The position numbers were made by a program, and so were the translations under genes. The notes beneath the pieces are model-generated. The model was not told where the DNA came from, made no database searches, and saw nothing but the letters and a program-made list of their open reading frames with translations. DNA of 32,000 nucleotides from contig OY969114.1 of assembly GCA_963698035.1 (NCBI GenBank), positions 600,001 through 632,000 of the forward strand, in the 5' to 3' direction. This DNA is from Candidatus Saccharimonadota bacterium. Its GTDB lineage: Archaea; Micrarchaeota; Micrarchaeia; Micrarchaeales; Micrarchaeaceae. Of the stretch, positions 22,829 through 29,895 are shown piece by piece. How positions within the stretch are numbered: the first letter of the stretch is position 1; the number at the start of each line of letters is the position of its first letter.

Positions 22829-23254
22829 CTACTTCATAAGCTCCTTGACAATCTCCCTGCTCGCGGTCTTCTGCGGCATCACTATGTAGTCGGCGCCTGC
22901 ATCCACCAGCTTCTCCCTTACGAAGTCGTCGTTGGACCTTGTCGCTATGAATATGCTTTTGTTGAGGTCCCTGGCGGTTAGCACAGCGAACAGGTTTTTC
23001 GCGTCGTTGTCCATGACTATTGCTATAGCCTTAGCGTTAGCGATGCCAGCAGATTTGAGGACCCTCGACGATGTGGCATCGGCATTTATGGTCTTGTAGC
23101 CGAGTTCCTCGCATCTCTTCGCTATGTCGGTGTTGGCCTCTATTATCACGAAGTCTACGTTGTGCTCGATGAGCATGTCCGTAATCTTCCTGCCCACGAC
23201 CCCATAGCCGCAGACTATCACATGATTCTTCGCCTCAATCCTTCTCTCAGCCAT
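22829..23254 (-). CDS. Soluble RCK/TrkA-N domain protein
   Basis: Intact Rossmann motif VIVCGYGVVGRKI, plus FVIIEAN, GDA-like INADATSSRVLKSAGIANA and IIATR-like FIATRSND. At 141 aa it has no TM segment. Confidence 0.85.
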   Translation of the reverse strand: MAERRIEAKNHVIVCGYGVVGRKITDMLIEHNVDFVIIEANTDIAKRCEELGYKTINADATSSRVLKSAGIANAKAIAIVMDNDAKNLFAVLTARDLNKSIFIATRSNDDFVREKLVDAGADYIVMPQKTASREIVKELMK

Positions 23255-23350
23255 GCTCCCGCTTCATATTAGAAAAGAATGCTTTTAATAGGCTCTGATG
23301 TTGGTGTGCGGGGCAGATTGCTGAAACCTATCCCCCTTTCAATCAAGATT

Positions 23351-23444
23351 TAGCTCCACCCAGATTCGAACTGGGGTTCCCAGGTCCAGAGCCTGGTGTC
23401 CTTTTTTGGTTGCTTTTGCGCAATGACCACTAGACGATGGAGCT
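23351..23444 (-). tRNA. tRNA-Gln(CUG) with a ~21-nt insert (putative intron) in the D-loop
   Basis: Reverse complement: acceptor AGCTCCA/TGGAGCT plus A; D-stem GTCT/GGAC enclosing a 30-nt loop AGTGGTCATTGCGCAAAAGCAACCAAAAAA (a normal loop is 8-11 nt). Anticodon stem CCAGG/CCTGG; loop CTCTGGA (anticodon CTG); T-arm CCCAG-TTCGAAT-CTGGG. Total length 94 nt. Confidence 0.85.
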
Positions 23445-23467
23445 AAACAATAGTATTGAGGGAACCT

Positions 23468-23478
23468 ATTTTATATTT
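23468..23478. promoter_or_regulatory. TATA-like box (ATTTTATATTT) between tRNA-Gln and the M50 protease gene
   Basis: It is centred at about 23473, which is 29 nt from tRNA +1 (23444, minus) and 21 nt from ATG 23494 (plus). It is the only AT-rich element in the 49-nt spacer. Confidence 0.4.
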
Positions 23479-23493
23479 GTTGCGTAAAATCCT

Positions 23494-24195
23494 ATGATGA
23501 TGCGCGAGAATACCTTCCTCATGCAGGAGATAAGGGACATAGTGATTGCAGATGCAGTACTGATACTTGCCATGACGCTCGTCCTCTGCGGGGGCATTTT
23601 CAGCATAACGAGTAACCCCTCGAGCTTCGTGCGGAGCTTCGTATATTACATCCCTATAGTCGCGGTGGCTGCTACCCTTGTCTTCGTTCTGCACGAGCTG
23701 ATGCACAAGTTCGTGGCGCAGCACTACGGTGCTATAGCGGGGTTCAAGACGAACACGATGGGCCTGATGATCACGCTGATCACAGGCGCCTGCGGCTTCC
23801 TCCTAGGAATACCCGGCGCCACCATGATATATGCACACTCGTTTGACAAGAGGCAGAACGGGCTCGTCTCGCTGGCAGGTCCGCTCACCAACTTCGCGAT
23901 CTTTGGCGCGTGCCTCGCAATCTTTTTCGTGCTCGCGCCTGCATCCACCTCATATCTTTACACGGCGCTCTCCCTCACCCTATTCATAAGCATACTGCTT
24001 GCATTCTTCAACATGCTTCCCATATTCCCGCTCGACGGGAGCAAGGTGCTCGCCTGGAACAAGCCAATCTACTTTGGCACGATTTGCATCATATTCGTGC
24101 TGATGATGCTCTTCACCCCCATCCCTATATACGTCATCATACTGATGGTGATTGTGGCTCTCTTCTTCTCGTTATTCTACAGGAGGGCGTTCTGA
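23494..24195 (+). CDS. Site-2 protease family (M50) intramembrane zinc metalloprotease, minimal form
   Basis: HExxH motif in a TM helix (LHELMHKF), a second motif FFNMLPIFPLDGSKV (NxxPxxxLDG), and multiple TM helices. No PDZ or CBS insert is visible. Confidence 0.85.
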   Translation: MMMRENTFLMQEIRDIVIADAVLILAMTLVLCGGIFSITSNPSSFVRSFVYYIPIVAVAATLVFVLHELMHKFVAQHYGAIAGFKTNTMGLMITLITGACGFLLGIPGATMIYAHSFDKRQNGLVSLAGPLTNFAIFGACLAIFFVLAPASTSYLYTALSLTLFISILLAFFNMLPIFPLDGSKVLAWNKPIYFGTICIIFVLMMLFTPIPIYVIILMVIVALFFSLFYRRAF

Positions 24196-24239
24196 ACAAG
24201 AAAGGTATTAAAGACTTATTAGCGACAGTATAGTCAGGC

Positions 24240-25538
24240 ATGGTATTAATGGCGGACGCGATGGCCCCCGAGACTAGGACCACTATAGATGCAATGATAG
24301 AGCTCCTGAAGAGCAGAGGCAAGACGGATATCGCCCAAATATCAATGGCTCTGGACACAGATCAGGGCATAATAGAGAACTGGGCAAAGGTTCTCGAGAA
24401 GGGCAATCTTGTCAAGATAAGCTACGAAGTGGGCAAGATGTTCGTAACTCCCTACAATCTTACACCGGAGCAGGAGACCGCTGTGAAGGCCGAGATGCAA
24501 ACAAAGGCATTTTCGATAGAATCTACCGTATCATCAGAGCTGCTCTCACTTGACAATCTTTCAGAGACGCTCAAGGGCATAAAGACCTCCATATTAGCAG
24601 CCGAGAAGCTGGAATCCGATCAGATGCCGCAGATGCGCAAGGCGCTCTCGCAGATAAACTCCATATCCGAAGCTGTAGACCAGAAGCTCAGGTCAGTCGG
24701 CCAGACGGAGAAGAGGGCGAACGAGTTCTATGATGCGATAAACAAGCGCGCTGCAGAGCTCGCCATGAGGGTCTCTCAGATCGAGTCGACCGTAAACAGC
24801 AAGAGCATCGAAGATGCAAGGCACAACATTGCTCAGATCATGGGCGAAGCGGCTGATGCAGACAAACAGATTGCGCTGATGAGCAAGAACACCAGCGATT
24901 CAATAAACCAGCTCAGGACGAGTATGGAGGAGCAGATGAAACAGCTGCACCAACAGATGGATTCAAACGGGAGGGACCTCGAGGCGAAGACGAAAGAGTA
25001 TTCAAGGCTGCTTTCCGAAAGCGAGCGCGAGTTAAGGGACAGGGCGAGAGCAGCCACCTCTGTAGTCCAGGAGTCGAAGGAATTCGAGCAAGAGAAGGAG
25101 AAAACAAAAAGTAGGATTAACGAGGTAAGGGCGGAATTTAACGACGCATATGCGAAGACCAGGGAGGAGATAAGCAAGAGCAAGAGCGAACTCGATGCAA
25201 GTTCAAAGGCGCTTCTCGACCAGGTAGACTCCATAAAGAAGGGATTCGGCGAGGCGGCGATGATGGATGATGCGATAACGCGGGTAAAGGGCGAGCTTGC
25301 ATCGATAGAATCGGATATCGCCGCGCAAAGGCGGGAGATAGAGGAATTACTCACGCAGATACACAAGATCCAATCTACGGAAGTGCAGCCTGACAAGAAG
25401 AGTGCCACCATCAATAGCATCAAAGACATGGTGGACAAGGCTGCATCAAACGTCAGCGATATAAGGAACAAGGTCAAGAATGTATCGGAGGGGGCAAAGG
25501 AGATAGGCAAGAAGGAAGAGGGGCAGCAAGAGGGATGA
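24240..25538 (+). CDS. Winged-helix-like N-terminal domain plus ~350-aa coiled-coil protein (function unknown)
   Basis: The first ~70 aa (IDAMIELLKSRGKTDIAQISMALDTDQGIIENWAKVLEKGNLVKISYEVGKMFVTP) look like a wHTH. The remainder is E/K/Q/S-rich heptad-like sequence. Its stop overlaps the ATPase start (ATGA at 25535-25538). Confidence 0.7.
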   Translation: MVLMADAMAPETRTTIDAMIELLKSRGKTDIAQISMALDTDQGIIENWAKVLEKGNLVKISYEVGKMFVTPYNLTPEQETAVKAEMQTKAFSIESTVSSELLSLDNLSETLKGIKTSILAAEKLESDQMPQMRKALSQINSISEAVDQKLRSVGQTEKRANEFYDAINKRAAELAMRVSQIESTVNSKSIEDARHNIAQIMGEAADADKQIALMSKNTSDSINQLRTSMEEQMKQLHQQMDSNGRDLEAKTKEYSRLLSESERELRDRARAATSVVQESKEFEQEKEKTKSRINEVRAEFNDAYAKTREEISKSKSELDASSKALLDQVDSIKKGFGEAAMMDDAITRVKGELASIESDIAAQRREIEELLTQIHKIQSTEVQPDKKSATINSIKDMVDKAASNVSDIRNKVKNVSEGAKEIGKKEEGQQEG

Positions 25539-27049
25539 TTCTGATGGAGCAGTCAAATAGCGAAGCGGGGCACGTAATGGCAAGCTACAGCTTGAACGCC
25601 AATGGGATGCCGGTCAACATAGAGATCTTGCAGGGTATAGATTACACCCCCACCTACAGAGTGACGATACCGGGGATGGCGGCTGCCACTAAGCTGTTGC
25701 TCATGTCGCTCAGGAGCGAGCTCATTCCCATGGTCTCTGTCGACACAACCAGAATACAGGACAAGCAATACCTTGATGAGGTAAACAAAAAGTACATAAA
25801 TGCGAGCAGCCTACTCATCGATAGGTATCTTCCAGGAACGCCGCAGAGCACGAAGTCATTGCTTATTGCGTATGTGATAAACATGATGTTGGGACTCGGC
25901 GACCTAGAGGGTCCGCTCGCCGACGAAAATCTTGAGGAGATTGCGGTAAACGGCGCAGGGCACCGCATCTGGGTCTTCCACAAGGATTTTGGCTGGTGCA
26001 AGACCGACATAACGCCGCAGACCGAGGAGCAGATATACGACTATGCGGAGCAGATAGGCAGAAGAGTGGGGAGGGAGATAAACAACCTGTCACCCCTGAT
26101 GGACGCTGTCCTGCCCGATGGCTCGAGGGTCAACGCGACGCTATACCCGATATCGGAGGTAGGCGACACAATAACGATAAGGAAGTTCGCAAAGAACCCG
26201 TGGACCATGCCCGCGATGATAAAGAACCACACCCTTGACCCGTCGCTCGCAGCGCTCGTCTGGCTCTGCATACAGAACGAGATCAGCTTGCTAATATCGG
26301 GGGGCACGGCAAGCGGAAAGACTAGCATGCTCAACGCGGCCAGCATATTCTTCCCGCCGAACAGAAGGATAATATCTGTAGAGGAGACGAGGGAGCTGAC
26401 GCTGCCCGATTTCCTCCAATGGATACCCATGGTGACAAGGCAGCCTAACCCGGAGGGCAAGGGAGAGGTGACGCTATACGACCTCACGATCAATTCGCTG
26501 AGGCAGAGGCCAGACATAGTGGTGGTCGGCGAGGTAAGGGTGCAGAAGGATGCGGAGACGCTCTTCGAGTCTATACACACCGGCCACGCGGTCTACGGGA
26601 CGCTCCACGCAGACAACGCGCAGGACACCATCATAAGGCTGACAAACCCCCCGATAGCGATATCAAAGGTGATGGTCAATGCGCTAGGCGGCATTCTCGT
26701 CGCGTTCAGACACAGGATGAGAGGAATAAGGAGGATACTGGAATATGGAGAGGTGCTGAGGAGCGGGGACGTCAACGTTCTCTACAAGTGGAACATGCGT
26801 GATGACACCTTCACCCAGATAAGCGAGATGACGAGGCTGGCAGATACGCTGATCCTCTATTCCGGTTATACACTCCAGGAGATAAACGATGACATAGCCG
26901 AGAAGATTGAGGTATTGAACTGGATGGTGAAGAACGACGTGATGTCTGTCAATGATGCTGGTCTTGTAGTTGCCAACTACTACAGAAGGAAGGACAAAGT
27001 GCTCGACATAGTCAGGAACGGCGTCAAGTTCGCAAGGGATATATTTTAA
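25535..27049 (+). CDS. Type II/IV secretion-family ATPase (FlaI/ArlI / PilB / TadA / EpdL-like)
   Basis: Walker A ISGGTASGKTS, Asp box ISVEETRELTLP, Walker B RPDIVVVGEVR and His box TGHAVYGTLHA, all in the canonical order. Confidence 0.9.
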   Translation: MILMEQSNSEAGHVMASYSLNANGMPVNIEILQGIDYTPTYRVTIPGMAAATKLLLMSLRSELIPMVSVDTTRIQDKQYLDEVNKKYINASSLLIDRYLPGTPQSTKSLLIAYVINMMLGLGDLEGPLADENLEEIAVNGAGHRIWVFHKDFGWCKTDITPQTEEQIYDYAEQIGRRVGREINNLSPLMDAVLPDGSRVNATLYPISEVGDTITIRKFAKNPWTMPAMIKNHTLDPSLAALVWLCIQNEISLLISGGTASGKTSMLNAASIFFPPNRRIISVEETRELTLPDFLQWIPMVTRQPNPEGKGEVTLYDLTINSLRQRPDIVVVGEVRVQKDAETLFESIHTGHAVYGTLHADNAQDTIIRLTNPPIAISKVMVNALGGILVAFRHRMRGIRRILEYGEVLRSGDVNVLYKWNMRDDTFTQISEMTRLADTLILYSGYTLQEINDDIAEKIEVLNWMVKNDVMSVNDAGLVVANYYRRKDKVLDIVRNGVKFARDIF

Positions 27050-27070
27050 TGACTTCCCTTCGTTATAAGG

Positions 27071-27790
27071 TTGGTACGAATGGCAGACCAAGAGAAGGCG
27101 ACCCTATATTCACAGCTTGTAAAACAGATTGTGGAGATTGAGGGCAGTTCTGAGAAGCCAGAATCCGGCAGCGTTAACATATCGGAGAGTTTTTCCGGGA
27201 GCACGCAGAGGGGCAACGTAGATTATTCCAACCTCATAAACCTGATAAGCGAGGTAGAGAGAAAGGAAAGCATCTTCCAAAGACCACAGAAGTTGCAGCC
27301 ACAGATTGTCGAGCAGGTAGCGCAGCCATCAGCAGAGGAGCAGCCACAGATTGTCGAGCAGGTAGCGCAGCCATCAGCAGAGGAGCAGGTTATTGTATCT
27401 GCAGAGGCTCTCGCAATCGCAAGCGCGAAGAAGCAGGTGAAGAAGGAGCTTGCCGAGCTGACAAAGGCATTGCCGATCAAGATGCCGATGTTCGAGGAGC
27501 AGAAAATAAAGAAGGTAAATTCTGACCTTGTGCTGCCAAACCTGTCCCTGTTGGACCAGGTTTCCGAGCTGGAGAGGATAATAGAAGGATTGAGGGCTAA
27601 CATTTTCATGGGGGATGAGAGGGAGATCGTGGAGGAGGAGCTCTACGGTCTTGCCGAGCAGGTCAAAAAGGAGAAGTCTGAGCTTAAGAAGAGGAAGACG
27701 CTCCAGCAGGATGCTGCGCAGCTCTGGAGCCTGAGAGACCAGAGGCTGACGGTTGCGATAGTGTTGCTGCAGCAGAGGAGGAACGGGTGA
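27071..27790 (+). CDS. Acidic hypothetical protein with a duplicated 15-aa unit and C-terminal coiled coil
   Basis: Track start is TTG 27071, with an in-frame ATG at 27080. It contains PQIVEQVAQPSAEEQ twice in tandem and is E/Q/K-rich. It sits between the ATPase and platform genes. No family was recognised. Confidence 0.6.
   Translation: MVRMADQEKATLYSQLVKQIVEIEGSSEKPESGSVNISESFSGSTQRGNVDYSNLINLISEVERKESIFQRPQKLQPQIVEQVAQPSAEEQPQIVEQVAQPSAEEQVIVSAEALAIASAKKQVKKELAELTKALPIKMPMFEEQKIKKVNSDLVLPNLSLLDQVSELERIIEGLRANIFMGDEREIVEEELYGLAEQVKKEKSELKKRKTLQQDAAQLWSLRDQRLTVAIVLLQQRRNG
27296..27385 (+). repeat. Perfect 45-bp tandem duplication (2 copies), in frame
   Basis: The unit cagccacagattgtcgagcaggtagcgcagccatcagcagaggag occurs at 27296-27340 and again at 27341-27385 with no mismatch. 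Confidence 0.95.
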
Positions 27791-27794
27791 GCCA

Positions 27795-28895
27795 TTGCTT
27801 TTCAAGAAGAAGGGGCCGCGCATAATAACCGTAGACGGAAAGCAGATAGAGCTACAGCCCAAGAAGGGCGAAGGGTTCGGCTCGTTCTTTAGCAGGAAGC
27901 CGAAGGCGCAATCGGACAAACCCGTGCAGGGTCCAACTTCTATAAACGCATCTCCGTCGCCGCAAGTTGCTGCCATGCAACCCCAGCCGGCGCCGGCTCA
28001 GATGCAGACACCACCCCTGCAGGCCAAGCAGGGTGCGAGAAGGCCGTCAGCCGGAAAGCAGGGAATCTGGCACAGACGTATACAGAAAATAGAGATGAAG
28101 AACAGGAAGCTTGAGGCACTTCTAAAGCAGCACGGAATAAAACAGAGCGTCTACGACTTCATACAGAGGATGACTATAGCTGCCATGATAGTCGCGGTGG
28201 TCGTCGCGGCGACCCTGCTAGTCCTTCTCACGCACCTCAAGCTAAGCCCCATAGCTGCAGCCGTCATCGCAGTAGCGCTGGGCTTTGCGATATACCAGTA
28301 TTCGTTCAGGGCATTCCTCCACTTCCCGCTCAGGAAGGAGGCGAAGTCCACCAAAAACATAGAGCGCGACATACTCTTTGCCTCGAGGGACCTAATAATA
28401 TCCCTGAGGTCCGGAATGCCGCTCTACAACGCCATAGCTTCTGTGAGCAGCGGGTACGGTGACGCGAGCAGGGAGTTCACCAAGGTAACGGAAAGGGTGC
28501 AGCTCGGCATGTCGCTCGAGGATGCAATCGACCAGACGATAGCTGAGAGCAAGAGCACCTCCTTCAGGAGGCTCATGCTGCAGGCATCGGTGAGCATAAA
28601 GGCGGGGGCCGACGTTGTGGGATCCCTGCAAAGCATAATAGACCAGCTGTCCGAAGAGAGGGTGATAGCCCTGAGGAGATACGGGCAGAGGCTCAATGCG
28701 ATAGCGATGTTCTACATGCTCTTCGGCATCATACTGCCCAGCATGGGAATAGCGATCGCCACGATACTTACTACATTCATATCAATTATCACGATAAACT
28801 TTGCAGTCCTGGAAGCCGCGCTTGTTGGGCTGGTCTTCCTGCAGATAATATTCCTGCAGATGATAAGGAGCTCAAGGCCCGTATTCGCAATGTGA
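27795..28895 (+). CDS. Type IV filament platform protein, single T2SS-F domain (TadB/EpdJ-like) with Pro/Gln-rich N-terminal extension
   Basis: TTG start preceded by GGTGA. It has a ~110-aa disordered N-terminus, then TM helices and T2SS-F-like helices (RDLIISLRSGMPLYNAIASVS...VQLGMSLEDAIDQ...ASVSIKAGADVVGSLQSIIDQL), followed by C-terminal TM helices. Confidence 0.8.
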   Translation: MLFKKKGPRIITVDGKQIELQPKKGEGFGSFFSRKPKAQSDKPVQGPTSINASPSPQVAAMQPQPAPAQMQTPPLQAKQGARRPSAGKQGIWHRRIQKIEMKNRKLEALLKQHGIKQSVYDFIQRMTIAAMIVAVVVAATLLVLLTHLKLSPIAAAVIAVALGFAIYQYSFRAFLHFPLRKEAKSTKNIERDILFASRDLIISLRSGMPLYNAIASVSSGYGDASREFTKVTERVQLGMSLEDAIDQTIAESKSTSFRRLMLQASVSIKAGADVVGSLQSIIDQLSEERVIALRRYGQRLNAIAMFYMLFGIILPSMGIAIATILTTFISIITINFAVLEAALVGLVFLQIIFLQMIRSSRPVFAM

Positions 28896-28899
28896 TGCT

Positions 28900-29895
28900 A
28901 TGCAGATAAATTTCGAGAGATTGGTGTCGAGGGACCTGGCCAGGCGTCTCTCTAACGAGATGGATCTCGCCGGGATAAAGAGCAGTGTGAACAAGCTGCT
29001 CAGCATAGCGATAACCGGCGCGCTTGTCATACTAATAATAACCTCTTTCGCCCTCTCGATAATAGTAAGGGTCGAGTTCTTAGAGGCGTTCTTGATAGGG
29101 TTCGCTGCCGCAGGCTGCTACATAGCCTTCATCTACGTCTACCTCGAGTATTTAATTGACAGAAGGAAGACCGCACTGGAGGTGATACTTCCTGACTATT
29201 TCCAGATCGCATCTGCAAACTTGAGGAGCGGAATGGCGCTCGACAGGGCGCTCCTGCTCGCGGCAAGGCCGGAGTTCGGCTTCTTTTCAGACGACATGAA
29301 GGAGATGAGCAGGAGGATTTTCGGCGGCGAGACACTCGAGAATGCGTTCAGGTCGGAGAGCACAAAGTACCGCTCCTATCAGCTCACGCACGCCATAAGG
29401 ATGATACTCGAGTCGATAAGATATGGCGGAGGAATGGCAGATCTCCTAGATCAGCTCTCAAAGGACATACGCAGCCAGCAGACCGTCCAGAAGGAGGTAG
29501 CGGGCCAGCTCTTCATGTACAGCATCTTCATCGCATTTGCAGGCGTAGTAGCCGCGCCCGTGCTCTACGGCCTCACCGGCCAGATGATAACCGTGACCGA
29601 CACCGTCTGGAAGGGCATACTCGCGTCCAATCCGGGAGGCCTGCCTACAACAGGCGTCTCGTTCCTCAAACCGACCCCTCCGCAAATAACCCCCATACAG
29701 TACGAGGATTTCTCGATCATCGCGATTGCGATAATAACCGGGTTCGCCAGCCTGATAATGTCGGCAATAAACACCGGCTCGCCTGTTAAGGGAGTGAGGT
29801 ACCTACCTCTCTTCATAATTGGCAGCGTTGGGATCTATTTCGTCGTGATAAAAGTGCTGTCAGGGCTCTTCTCCGGACTGAGCGCTGGCGTATGA
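28900..29895 (+). CDS. Type IV filament platform protein, single T2SS-F domain (TadC/EpdK-like)
   Basis: T2SS-F pattern FQIASANLRSGMALDRALLLAA...IFGGETLENAF...ILESIRYGGGMADLLDQLSKDI flanked by TM helices. It starts 4 nt after the preceding gene. Confidence 0.75.
   Translation: MQINFERLVSRDLARRLSNEMDLAGIKSSVNKLLSIAITGALVILIITSFALSIIVRVEFLEAFLIGFAAAGCYIAFIYVYLEYLIDRRKTALEVILPDYFQIASANLRSGMALDRALLLAARPEFGFFSDDMKEMSRRIFGGETLENAFRSESTKYRSYQLTHAIRMILESIRYGGGMADLLDQLSKDIRSQQTVQKEVAGQLFMYSIFIAFAGVVAAPVLYGLTGQMITVTDTVWKGILASNPGGLPTTGVSFLKPTPPQITPIQYEDFSIIAIAIITGFASLIMSAINTGSPVKGVRYLPLFIIGSVGIYFVVIKVLSGLFSGLSAGV

Noticed and set aside
23255-23493. tRNA-Gln flanks (and the tRNA-Thr and tRNA-Leu flanks) checked for integrase genes, att-like direct repeats or other island boundaries
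   Set aside because: No integrase, recombinase or transposase ORF and no duplicated tRNA 3' segment are visible in the window. The accessory-looking surface genes cannot be called a mobile island on this evidence.
24833-25510. 225-aa minus-strand Ser/Leu/Phe-rich ORF
   Set aside because: It is the complement of GAA/AAG/GAG-rich coiled-coil codons, a classic shadow ORF of the 24240-25538 gene.
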